This document shows, piece after piece, positions 20,542 through 29,656 of a DNA stretch of 64,000 bases. The translations under genes and the position numbers were made by a program. The notes below the pieces were generated by a model. It was given only the letters and a program-made list of their open reading frames with translations, searched no databases and was not told where the DNA came from. Position 1 is the first letter of the stretch. Every line of letters begins with the position of its first letter. Location of the stretch: positions 4,704,001 to 4,768,000 of the forward strand of contig OZ253580.1 of the NCBI GenBank assembly GCA_965263035.1, read 5' to 3'. This stretch comes from Acidobacteriota bacterium (lineage in GTDB: Bacteria > Acidobacteriota > UBA6911 > RPQK01 > JAJDTT01).

Positions 20542-21890
20542 TCACCGGAAAACATCTGCATCGAAGGACCTTTCTGCGCGGATTGGGAACCGCCGTCGCT
20601 CTGCCCATGCTCGATGCCATGGCGCCGGCGTTCGCCAGCCGGGGCCGTGATCTGGTGGCTGCCCCCTGCCGCCTCAGCTTCGCCTACGTGCCCAACGGCA
20701 TCATCATGGAAGGATGGACGCCGGCGGCCGACGGCGCCCGGTTCGAGATTCCAAAGATCCTGGAACCGCTGGCCTCGTCCCGCCAGGACTGGATGCTGCT
20801 CTCGGGTCTGACCCAGAACAACGGCCGGGCCCTGGGCGACGGACCCGGCGACCATGCTCGGGCGGCGGCCTCCTATCTGACGGGAGTCCACCCCAAGAAG
20901 ACCAAGGGAGCGGACATCAAGAACGGCATCTCCGTCGACCAGGTGGCGGCTGAAGCCATCGGCGACCGGACCCGCTTCCCGTCTTTGGAACTGGGGGTCG
21001 ATCATGGCCGTATGGCCGGGAACTGCGACAGCGGCTACAGTTGCGCCTACAGCAACAGCGTCGCCTGGCGCGGTGAGACCAGCCCCCTGCCACCCGAGGT
21101 GAATCCGCGGCTGGTCTTCGAACGACTCTTTGGCGCCGCGGACCGGAACACGGATCCCGCCTACCAGGCCAAGCAGCGGCGCTACCGCAGGAGCATCCTG
21201 GATTTCGTGCGGGAGGACACGCAGCAGCTGAAGAGCCACCTGGGGCCCACGGATCGGAGAAAGCTGGACGAGTACCTGCACGCCGTCCGTGAGATCGAAA
21301 AGAGGATCGACCGGGCCGAGAACGAGGTTCAGGCGGCCCCGCCCAGTCTGGACCGTCCGGCCGGAATCCCCATCGACTTTGCCGAGCACGTGCGCTTGAT
21401 GTACGACCTGCAGGTCCTTGCCTTCCAGACCGACATGACCCGCGTCATCACCTTCATGTACGGCATGGAGGGGAGCAATCGAACCTACCGTGAGATCGGG
21501 GTCTCCGGCGCCCACCACGGTTTGACCCACCACCAGGGGAACGAGGACAAGATCCGGAACATCACCAAGATCAACCGGTATCACATCGAGCAGTTCGCCT
21601 ACTTCCTGGATCGTCTCCGTTCCACGCCGGACGGCGACGGCTCATTGCTGGATCACTCCATCATCGTCTATGGCAGCGGGCTGGCCGACGGCAACAAGCA
21701 CACGCATCACGATCTGCCGGTGCTTGTGGCCGGCCGCGGAAACGGCAGGCTGCATCCGGGCCGCCACCTTCGTTACCCCGACGAGACTCCCATGACCAAC
21801 CTCTACCTCTCCATATTGGAACGGGTCGGGCTGCAACCCGAGTCTCTGGGAGACAGCAATGGAAGGTTGGGGGAGCTGACGGAACTCTGA
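20538..21890 (+). CDS. DUF1552 family Tat-exported protein
   Basis: RRTFLRG Tat motif, ALPMLDAM, YVPNG, SVDQVAA, CDSGYSC, DMTRV; canonical partner of DUF1592 genes. Confidence 0.88.
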   Translation: MITGKHLHRRTFLRGLGTAVALPMLDAMAPAFASRGRDLVAAPCRLSFAYVPNGIIMEGWTPAADGARFEIPKILEPLASSRQDWMLLSGLTQNNGRALGDGPGDHARAAASYLTGVHPKKTKGADIKNGISVDQVAAEAIGDRTRFPSLELGVDHGRMAGNCDSGYSCAYSNSVAWRGETSPLPPEVNPRLVFERLFGAADRNTDPAYQAKQRRYRRSILDFVREDTQQLKSHLGPTDRRKLDEYLHAVREIEKRIDRAENEVQAAPPSLDRPAGIPIDFAEHVRLMYDLQVLAFQTDMTRVITFMYGMEGSNRTYREIGVSGAHHGLTHHQGNEDKIRNITKINRYHIEQFAYFLDRLRSTPDGDGSLLDHSIIVYGSGLADGNKHTHHDLPVLVAGRGNGRLHPGRHLRYPDETPMTNLYLSILERVGLQPESLGDSNGRLGELTEL

Positions 21891-21914
21891 CGGCTCTGAC
21901 GTGCCGATCCGGAC

Positions 21915-22760
21915 TCAGTTGGCGGGATCGATCCGGACGCCCCATTTCTGCAGAGCGGTGAGTTGCTGGTCTTTGGCCATGTCGCTCAGAGGATTCCCCT
22001 TGAGGTAAAGGCGCAGGAAGGGGGCGAAGCTCTTCTCACCCTCGGCGTCTTCCCGAATCATCTCCACCAGATGACCGAGGTCGGCGATCTTGTTGTCCTC
22101 CAGGAAGAGCATGCTCAGCTCCTTCAGGCCCTTGAGCGGGGAGACGTCGCTGATGCCGCACTCTCGCAGATCCAGGGTCGAGACCCAGCGCAACCCGCCC
22201 AGGACACTCATGTTCTGGAGAGGATTGCCGCCCAGATAGAGGGACCAGACCTTCTGGAGGTCCTTCAGAGGCGTGATGTCGGTGATCTGGTTGCCGGCCA
22301 GGTAGAGGGCGTTGAGATTGACCAGCTTGGCCAGATGCGTCACGTCGGAGATCCGGTTCTGGGACAATCCCAGGTATTGAAGCTTGGTGAGTTCGGCAAG
22401 CGGGGAGAGGTCGGTGATCTGGTTGCCTGAGAGATCCAGGGATTGCAGGTTCTCCAGCGCCTTGACGGGCCCGATGTCGGCGATCTGGTTGTCGGAGAGG
22501 TCCACCTCGCCCAGCGAGGTGCAGTACTCGAGGCCGGTGAGATCCTTGATCTCCTTGCCCTTGGCTTTCAGGACGTAGACCTTGGTGGCGTCCTCCTTGT
22601 TCAGAGGCTCTTCGGTATTCCGTTTCTCGAACACCTGGGTCCGGACCGCCGCCTCGAGGTTCTTGTCCGGGAACACGCTGTCCTGCGCCGCACCAGGCGA
22701 CAATGCCGAGAGGCCAACCAGCAACGCGGCGCCCAGGCTGACAAAAATGTGACGTCCCAT
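21915..22760 (-). CDS. Internalin-like leucine-rich repeat protein
   Basis: 22-aa LRRs (LxxLxLxxNQIxDxxPL); signal peptide; GGAGGG RBS fits ATG 22760. Confidence 0.88.
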   Translation of the reverse strand: MGRHIFVSLGAALLVGLSALSPGAAQDSVFPDKNLEAAVRTQVFEKRNTEEPLNKEDATKVYVLKAKGKEIKDLTGLEYCTSLGEVDLSDNQIADIGPVKALENLQSLDLSGNQITDLSPLAELTKLQYLGLSQNRISDVTHLAKLVNLNALYLAGNQITDITPLKDLQKVWSLYLGGNPLQNMSVLGGLRWVSTLDLRECGISDVSPLKGLKELSMLFLEDNKIADLGHLVEMIREDAEGEKSFAPFLRLYLKGNPLSDMAKDQQLTALQKWGVRIDPAN

Positions 22761-22916
22761 CGCCAAAGCCCTCCTTTCAGGCCTCTTCCCCTCGTTCGAA
22801 TGGGGACTGCCTGTCTGGGAGGGGATTGTAGCAGACCTTCAGAAGGGCTTCGTCACCAGTTTCGAATCCGGCCCGCCTTACGCCGGAATCAAGGTTGAAT
22901 CCGTTCCTGCAACGGG

Positions 22917-23711
22917 TTGGCCGCGTCTGGTATAACGAGACCCTCTCCGGAGGCACTCTTGGCTGGAAAGCAGATCACACTGGTCGACGACCGGGACTGG
23001 CCGCAGGCGGGGTTCGGCTTCGAGCTCCCGATCCGTCCCGAGTCGTGCGCACTGGGTGTGATCGACGTTCAGCACTACGCCCTGGACAGCGAAGGCCATC
23101 TGGCCCACACCGTGAAGTCCAGCGGCAGCCCGGTCTTCAACGATTTCTCGCTTCAAGCAGAGCGAATGGTGACCAACATCCAGCAACTTCTCGCCGCGTT
23201 TCGGGAGCGTGAACGGCCGGTGGTCTATACCCGCCACGGTGCGTTCCTGCCGGGCGGCTCCGATCTGATCGTCCGGCGGCGGGGACGGGAGGAGGTGGCG
23301 GCCTCCTCCGGCGACGGCTCATCGGGCCACATGGCGGTACGCGGAGATCCGGGGCACGAGATCCTGGATCAGGTGGCGCCCTGCGGGGGAGATCTGGTCC
23401 TGGACAAGAACACCAGCAGCGCCTTCCACAGCTCCCCCATGGATCTCCTCCTGCGCAACATGAAGGTGGAGACCCTGGTCTTGACCGGTCTGGCGACGGA
23501 TCAGTGCGTCTTGGCCACGGCCATCGACGCCGCGGACCGCGGATTCCACGTCATCATGGCCGCCGACGCCTGCGCCGGTTTCGACGCCGGCAGCGCCGAG
23601 GCCGTGCAGATCCTCTTCGGCCGGGTCTGGGGCTACGTGATGCAGACGGAGGACATCATCCACTGGCTGCGAACCGGCGAGAAACCGGCCCGCACGCGCT
23701 TGCCGGCGTGA
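22917..23711 (+). CDS. Isochorismatase-family cysteine hydrolase
   Basis: VIDVQ, DKNTSSAF, GLATDQCVLAT (D-K-C triad); start uncertain. Confidence 0.85.
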   Translation: MAASGITRPSPEALLAGKQITLVDDRDWPQAGFGFELPIRPESCALGVIDVQHYALDSEGHLAHTVKSSGSPVFNDFSLQAERMVTNIQQLLAAFRERERPVVYTRHGAFLPGGSDLIVRRRGREEVAASSGDGSSGHMAVRGDPGHEILDQVAPCGGDLVLDKNTSSAFHSSPMDLLLRNMKVETLVLTGLATDQCVLATAIDAADRGFHVIMAADACAGFDAGSAEAVQILFGRVWGYVMQTEDIIHWLRTGEKPARTRLPA

Positions 23712-23735
23712 CTTCCCGCACCGCATTGACGCCGT

Positions 23736-23897
23736 AGGCGGCTTTCTTGCCGCCGAATGGGAGTGGCGACTTTCTTGCCGCCTGCTCTTCTGTCGTTACT
23801 GAAAATTCGGCGGCCGGAAGGTGTAGAGGGGGAAAGTGTACAGTGGGGACTCCGTCCCCCCTGCCCCCCTTCTCGGCGACAAGAAAGTCGCCGCTCC
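23736..23897. repeat. REP-like palindrome cluster (GGCG(A/G)CTTTCTTG(C/T)CGCC type)
   Basis: Several hairpins including CGGCGACAAGAAAGTCGCCGCTCC; duplicated at about 25938-26102. Confidence 0.75.
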
Positions 23898-23899
23898 TG

Positions 23900-25030
23900 T
23901 CAGCCCAGATCCTGGGTGCGGCCGGTCTCGGCAGACCGGTAGCCGGCGAAGATCACCCGCATCAGATGCAGGCACTCCTGGGCGGTCATGGGAGGCGGGG
24001 CCTGCCCCCGGGTGAAGTCCACGGCGGCCTGGATCAGGGTTCCGTACAGGTCGGGGTCGTCCTGGTAGTAGAAGAGTTGGACTCCCCGGGGAGCGTCCGG
24101 GTGGGTCGAGTACCACTTCAAGGGTTCACCCGAGGGCAGGTCCACGTGCATCCAGCCCTTGGAACCCCAGAGCCGGATCTGGTTCTGGTAGAAGCGGTCC
24201 AGGTAGTAGCCGGCGTTGAGCGTGCCCACCAAACCTCCCCGCATGCGAAACGTGACGACGGCGGCGTCCTCCACTTCGATGGGTTGACCTCCCACGTTCT
24301 CGCAGAGGGCCGAGATCCGGTCGATTCTGTCTTCGATCAGATACTGCAGGACGTCCAGGTAGTGGATTCCGTGGTAGATGAGCTTCCCGCCCCCCGCCTT
24401 GGCCTTGGAAGCCACCCACAAGCCATGGTATTCGGGGCGGGTCAGCCGGGTCTGGTCCGCGATCCAGTCCATGGTGGCCGAGTAGGGCTTTCCCAGGTAG
24501 CCCTTTCGGATCAGCTCCCGGGCCTTCTGTATCGCCTGACTCACCCGCGTCGACATGGCCAGCATCAGCTCCTTTTTTTGCGACTGGGCCAGCGGCACGA
24601 GCGGCTCGAAGTCTTCCAGGCGGGCGCACCCCGGCTTCTCGGTGATGACGTGACTGCCGGCCTCCAGCGCCATTCGGATGGCGGGAGGCGAGTGATGGCC
24701 TTCCAGCGTCACCACCACCAACTCGGGCCGGGCCTTCTGCAACATTTCCCGGTGGCTCCGATAAAGACCCTCCAACCGATCGCCCAGGATGGACTTGGCC
24801 TGGTCGAACTTCTTCCCGGTCGGGTCCGAGACCGCGACACGGCCCACGCCGCGGGCGCTCGCGAACCCTTGCAGATAACTGCGGAGGTGGCCGCCCGTCG
24901 CCTCGGTCAGCACTCCCGCCGAGATGGACTCTTCCGATCCAGCCCAAACCCGGTTGGCGTTGCCGGGAACGGCGGCCAGCGCCGCCAGTCCGCTGAGAGC
25001 TCTTCGTCTGGAGATTTGTTGGCGTTTCAT
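23900..25030 (-). CDS. Tat-exported Gfo/Idh/MocA oxidoreductase, copy A
   Basis: SRRRAL Tat-like signal; HVITEKP; GGGKLIYHGIHYLD; VEDAA. Confidence 0.88.
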   Translation of the reverse strand: MKRQQISRRRALSGLAALAAVPGNANRVWAGSEESISAGVLTEATGGHLRSYLQGFASARGVGRVAVSDPTGKKFDQAKSILGDRLEGLYRSHREMLQKARPELVVVTLEGHHSPPAIRMALEAGSHVITEKPGCARLEDFEPLVPLAQSQKKELMLAMSTRVSQAIQKARELIRKGYLGKPYSATMDWIADQTRLTRPEYHGLWVASKAKAGGGKLIYHGIHYLDVLQYLIEDRIDRISALCENVGGQPIEVEDAAVVTFRMRGGLVGTLNAGYYLDRFYQNQIRLWGSKGWMHVDLPSGEPLKWYSTHPDAPRGVQLFYYQDDPDLYGTLIQAAVDFTRGQAPPPMTAQECLHLMRVIFAGYRSAETGRTQDLG

Positions 25031-25116
25031 GGAGCCAGCATATCAAGGCCGCAGTGGTGCTGGCCGTCACTGCCAGCGTCGTCGCGTGGACAGAGTCCGT
25101 ACGCTTCAACCTGTGC

Positions 25117-25509
25117 TTACCGCAGCAACGCCCGTCCGAAACTGGGCGGACCCCCAACGACCCAGACAACCTCGTGCGTCAGCACCCGGGCAAAACGGCC
25201 TCCCCGCCGTTGCAACCGGTCCCATTCCTCGACGGTATAGACCAGAAGGTCGGCGGGAACCGGCAAGCACTCGTAAGGCCAGTCCCTTGCCCGTTCGAGG
25301 TACGAAGCCTCGCTGTGCTCAACGATTGCGATGAGATCGATGTCGCTTCCGAACGCTGCCTCGTTTCGCGCGTAGGAACCGAAGTAGCCAAGAGCAGCAA
25401 GGCCGGGGCGGGCTTCGGCCTGGGCATCGGCCCACTCCTTTAGTGAACTCAGCACGGTCTCAGCCACTGGCCAGCGTTTTATGTACGAAGTCGAGGACGT
25501 TACGGGCAT
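25117..25509 (-). CDS. Minimal nucleotidyltransferase (MNT) antitoxin
   Basis: FGSYARNEAAFGSDIDL matches GSx10DxD; DLLVYTVEEW. Confidence 0.8.
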   Translation of the reverse strand: MPVTSSTSYIKRWPVAETVLSSLKEWADAQAEARPGLAALGYFGSYARNEAAFGSDIDLIAIVEHSEASYLERARDWPYECLPVPADLLVYTVEEWDRLQRRGGRFARVLTHEVVWVVGGPPSFGRALLR

Positions 25510-25849
25510 TTGATACTGCCTGAGAGCTTTGAAGTGATCCGTAATGTTCAAAGGCCGGACCTTCCACGTGTCCGTTCGGATACCGCGCCGGAACGTAGTA
25601 GTTGTCCAGAGTCCGCGCTCGATCGATCAGATCGGCCGGCGGAGGAGGGGAAAGTTGGCTCAAGAGCCTCGAAATGACGTGACCCCAAGCTTCCTGGCTC
25701 TGCGCCAAGTGGAGCGCCTTAACCGCCTTCTCACCGGCTTGGTGCGCCGCAAAACACGCCCAGTCGTGTCGGCCGTCGCGTTGCGAGGCAAGGGCCTGTT
25801 CAAAATCGTGTTCCGCCTGCAAGAGCCAATCTCTCCATCGTTGAGTCAT
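25460..25849 (-). CDS. HEPN domain protein
   Basis: WLLQAEHD, WACFAAHQAGEKAVKA, WGH, YYVPARYPNGH; directly upstream of the MNT gene. Confidence 0.85.
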   Translation of the reverse strand: MTQRWRDWLLQAEHDFEQALASQRDGRHDWACFAAHQAGEKAVKALHLAQSQEAWGHVISRLLSQLSPPPPADLIDRARTLDNYYVPARYPNGHVEGPAFEHYGSLQSSQAVSNARNVLDFVHKTLASG

Positions 25850-25937
25850 GCTCGGCTCCAGTGGGGACGCTCCGGCGGAAACCGCGGAATCGTCGATCGG
25901 CCAACCCAATCTCTGCATTGTAACGTGGGCCGCCCTG

Positions 25938-26102
25938 AAGGGGCGACTTTCTTGTCGCCCACTGGGACAGGCGGCTTTCTTGCCGCCTGCTCTTCTGTCG
26001 TTACTGAAAATTCGGTGGCCGGAAGGTGTCGAGGGGGAAAGTGTACAGTGGGGACTCCGTCCCCCCTGTCCCCCTAATCGGCGACAAGAAAGTCGCCGCT
26101 CC
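25938..26102. repeat. REP-like palindrome cluster, duplicate of 23736-23897
   Basis: Same hairpins and spacer sequence (CTGCTCTTCTGTCGTTACTGAAAATTCGG). Confidence 0.75.
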
Positions 26103-27234
26103 TGCCCAGATCCTGGGTGCGGCCGGTCTCGGCGGACCGGTAGCCGGCGAAGATCACCCGCATCAGGTGCAAGCACTCCTCGGCGGTCATGGGCGGCGGG
26201 GCCTGGCCCCGCGTGAAGTCCACGGCGGCCTGGATCAGGGTTCCGTACCGCCGATTGGGGTTGTCTTGATAGTAGAACAGTTGGACTCCCCGGGGAGCGT
26301 CCGGGTGGGTCGAATACCACTTCAACGGCTCGCCTGAGGTCAGTTCCAGGTGCATCCAGCCCTTGGAACCCCAGAGCCGGATCTGGTTCTGTTTGGAGCG
26401 GTCCAGGTAGTAGCCGGCGTTGAGCGTCCCCACCAATCCTCCGCGCATGCGAAACGCAACGACGGCGGCGTCCTCCACTTCGATGGGCTGTCCGCCGACG
26501 TTCTCGCAGAGGGCCGAGATCCGGTCGATCCTGTCTTCGATCAGGTACTGTAAAACGTCCAAATAGTGGATGCCGTGGTAGATGAGCTTGCCGCCTCCCG
26601 CCTTGGCCTTGGAAGCCACCCACAAGCCGTGGAATTCGGGGCGAGTCAGCCGGGTCTGGTCCGCGATCCAGTCCATGGTGGCCGAGTACGGCTTTCCCAG
26701 GTAGCCCTTACGGATGAGGTCCCGAGCTTTCTGTATCGCCTGACTCGCCCGTGTCTGCATGCCCAGCATCAGTTCCCTTTTTTGCGACTGGGCCAACGGC
26801 ACCAGCGGCTCAAAGTCTTCCAACCGGGCGCAGCCCGGCTTCTCGGTGATGACGTGGCTGCCGGCCTCCAGCGCCATTCGGATGGCGTGAGGGGAGTGAT
26901 GGCCTTCCAAAGTCACCACCACCAGCTTGGGCCGAGCCTTCTGAAGCATCTCCTGAGGGCTCCGGTAGAGCCCTGCCAGACGATCGCCCAGGATGGCCTT
27001 GGCCTGGTCGAACTTCTTCCCGGTGGGGTCGGAGACCGCGACAGTTTTCACGCCACGGGCACTCGCGAACCCTTGCAAGTAGCTGCGGAGATGGCCGCCG
27101 GTCGCCTCGGTCAGCACGCCCGCCGAGATGGGCTCTTCGGATCCGGCCCAGACCCGGTTGGCGTTGGCGGGAACAGCGGCCAGCGTCGCCAGTCCGCTGA
27201 GAGCTTGTCGTCGGGAAATCTGTTGGCGTTTCAT
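26074..27234 (-). CDS. Tat-exported Gfo/Idh/MocA oxidoreductase, copy B
   Basis: Highly similar to copy A over its full length; C-terminus extended into the REP. Confidence 0.88.
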   Translation of the reverse strand: MKRQQISRRQALSGLATLAAVPANANRVWAGSEEPISAGVLTEATGGHLRSYLQGFASARGVKTVAVSDPTGKKFDQAKAILGDRLAGLYRSPQEMLQKARPKLVVVTLEGHHSPHAIRMALEAGSHVITEKPGCARLEDFEPLVPLAQSQKRELMLGMQTRASQAIQKARDLIRKGYLGKPYSATMDWIADQTRLTRPEFHGLWVASKAKAGGGKLIYHGIHYLDVLQYLIEDRIDRISALCENVGGQPIEVEDAAVVAFRMRGGLVGTLNAGYYLDRSKQNQIRLWGSKGWMHLELTSGEPLKWYSTHPDAPRGVQLFYYQDNPNRRYGTLIQAAVDFTRGQAPPPMTAEECLHLMRVIFAGYRSAETGRTQDLGRSGDFLVAD

Positions 27235-27396
27235 GGCGCCAACCTATATCAGGCGGCTCAACCGGGCAAATGTGCCGATCTCAGGGATTTGCAGCGTTCG
27301 CGGGACAATACTTGACCGCAGGAAAAGATCATCGGATGGTCTTGTTAGACCCGGTCCGGGTCAGGAGACGATCTGAGTCCAAAAGGAGGGGAACGG

Positions 27397-29046
27397 ATGA
27401 AAATCGAGGCTTCACGACCGGCCGCGAGCCAAAGGCGGGGGGCGAACTACAGAATCGGCTGGCTCCTGGCCGGCCTGCTCTGGTCGCTTTTCTTCCCGGA
27501 ACTGGTGGCTTCCAACTCGGCGGTCCTGGAGATCGGAAACCGGAAACAATTGTTTGTGGACCGCCACGTGGTGGAGAGTCTGACCCACGCCAAACGGGTG
27601 CTCAACCCGGCCGCCAAGCATCCGGCCAACCCCCTGGTCAAGCCGGACCGGCCCTGGGAAGGGCATTATCTCGGGCTGGGTCAGGTCCTGTATGACCAGG
27701 ACCGCAAGGTCTTCAGGATGTGGTACGGGACCACCGGACGTTTCGTGCCCAAAAAAGGAGGCGATCGGATCCGTCCCTACCGCTGGGACTGGTCGGTGGA
27801 GGATGGCCGGGCCGTCCGCCGGAAGGTGGAGGAGATCTACGGCTACAGCGAATACGCTGGCCGCAACGATTGGATCGGGCTCTACGCCGAATCTCCGGAC
27901 GGCATCCACTGGACGAAACCGAATCTGGGACTGGTGGAGTTCCAGGGTTCACGCGACAACAATATTCTGCCCGCCGGAGAATACGTTCCCGCCCATTACG
28001 ATCCCTACGAGCCGGACCCGGACAAACGCTACAAGAAGGTGGTCCGGCGCAAATCCAGCCGAGACCCGAAGAACGATCCGGGCCTCTACGCCTGGGACGG
28101 CGTGCAGGTCGACTTCTTCCATTCCCCCGACGGCATCAACTGGACTCCCTACCCGGACAATCCTCGAACCGTGGGTGAGGGTGATCCCTGGTGGCTGCGG
28201 CGCTGGGGCGGATTCGTCGGCAACTGGGACCCCATCGGGAAGCACTACGTCAAGTACCAGGAAAACTGCCTGCACCGTTACTGTCCCCTGGGAATCCGGG
28301 TCATCGGCCGGGCTCAGAGTCCCGACATGGTCCGGTGGACCGAGATGGAGACGATCCTGATACCGGACCGGGACGACTTTCCCGACACCGAGTTCTACGG
28401 CATGCCGGTCTTTTATTACGAGGGGCTCCGGATCGGGCTGGTGTGGATCTTCCGGACCACCAACACCCTGCACTATCCTCAGTTGGCCGTCAGCCGGAAC
28501 GGAGTCCGGTTCGAGCGTGAGTTCCGCGAGCCCCTGGTGAGGGTGGGGGACAACGGCGACTTCGACGAGAGCACGGTCTACGTCAGGGCTCCCCTGGTTC
28601 ATGACGGTCAGATCCGGATCTACTACTACGGGGGCAACTGGAGAGGCCCGGAGGCTCTCTACGAACAGGGAGATCGGGCCGTCTTCGCCGTGGGCCTGGC
28701 GACGCTCCCCGAAGACGGATTCGTCTCGGTGGACTCGGGAAAGATCCGCCCCGGCGAGCTGGTAACCCGGCCTCTCAGGTTCCAGGGTCAGACGTTGGTG
28801 GTGAACATGGCGGCCGCCAAGCACAATCATGGTTCCGGCCGGCCCCAGGTTCGCGTGGAGTTGCTGGGAGTCTCCCACGAACCCATCGAGGGGTTCCTGC
28901 TCCGTGAGTCCGATCCGGTCACGGCCACCGGCCGGCACGTCGTGAGTTGGCAGGGAAGAAACGACGTCGGCCGTTTGGCCGGCCAAGCCGTGCGGCTCCG
29001 GTTCTCCATGAAGAACGCCAAGCTTTACTCCTTCCAATTCCGGTAG
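27397..29046 (+). CDS. Secreted beta-propeller glycosidase-like protein
   Basis: QLFVD, KHPANPL, FRMWY, YAESPDGIHWTKPNLG, GLATL..DGFVS, LYSFQFR; AGGAGG RBS. Confidence 0.65.
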   Translation: MKIEASRPAASQRRGANYRIGWLLAGLLWSLFFPELVASNSAVLEIGNRKQLFVDRHVVESLTHAKRVLNPAAKHPANPLVKPDRPWEGHYLGLGQVLYDQDRKVFRMWYGTTGRFVPKKGGDRIRPYRWDWSVEDGRAVRRKVEEIYGYSEYAGRNDWIGLYAESPDGIHWTKPNLGLVEFQGSRDNNILPAGEYVPAHYDPYEPDPDKRYKKVVRRKSSRDPKNDPGLYAWDGVQVDFFHSPDGINWTPYPDNPRTVGEGDPWWLRRWGGFVGNWDPIGKHYVKYQENCLHRYCPLGIRVIGRAQSPDMVRWTEMETILIPDRDDFPDTEFYGMPVFYYEGLRIGLVWIFRTTNTLHYPQLAVSRNGVRFEREFREPLVRVGDNGDFDESTVYVRAPLVHDGQIRIYYYGGNWRGPEALYEQGDRAVFAVGLATLPEDGFVSVDSGKIRPGELVTRPLRFQGQTLVVNMAAAKHNHGSGRPQVRVELLGVSHEPIEGFLLRESDPVTATGRHVVSWQGRNDVGRLAGQAVRLRFSMKNAKLYSFQFR

Positions 29047-29097
29047 TTGGGAGAAATTGCCATGGGAACCCGGTGCAAAAGCGGGTAACCTGAACAG

Positions 29098-29580
29098 ATG
29101 ATCTCGTTCAAGCGCCAAGAGGCTCTGCGATTGCTGGAGGAAGCGAACCGGCGGCACCAGCGAGGCGACATCGAAGGCGCCAAGGAGAAGTACAAGGAGT
29201 CGATCCAAGTGCATCCCACCGCCGACGCCCACACCTTCCTGGGTTGGATGTATGGAATACAGGGGCGTCTCCGGCTGGCCATCCGGCATTGCAAGATCGC
29301 CATCGATCTGGATCCCGATTTCGGCAACCCCTACAACGACATCGGCGTCTATCTGATGCAGCAGAACCGGCTTGACGAGGCGGTGCCGTGGCTGCAGCGG
29401 GCCATGCAGGCCGAGCGCTACGAGCCGCGCCAGTTCCCTCACCTCAACATGGGCCGGATTCATCTGGCCCGGAAGGAGTACGGAAAGGCTCTCGAGGAGT
29501 TTCGCCGCGCGCTTCGCCACGCGCCCGAAGACCGGACCGCCGCGGCCGCTTTCCGGGACTTGGTAGGAAAGCTCAATTGA
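29098..29580 (+). CDS. Tetratricopeptide repeat protein
   Basis: TPR pattern (ADAHTFLGW, DPDFGNPYNDIG, PHLNMGRI). Confidence 0.85.
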   Translation: MISFKRQEALRLLEEANRRHQRGDIEGAKEKYKESIQVHPTADAHTFLGWMYGIQGRLRLAIRHCKIAIDLDPDFGNPYNDIGVYLMQQNRLDEAVPWLQRAMQAERYEPRQFPHLNMGRIHLARKEYGKALEEFRRALRHAPEDRTAAAAFRDLVGKLN

Positions 29581-29656
29581 CCGCCGGCCCCGGCGAATTA
29601 TGGCTTCGCCCGGTGACGCTGAGAGCCCGGGCTGAAGAGACGAACGGAGAAACCAA

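Noticed and set aside
25460-26623. 387-aa ORF as a single gene
   Set aside because: Only the last 129 aa (HEPN) are credible; the rest is an off-frame read through the oxidoreductase and REPs
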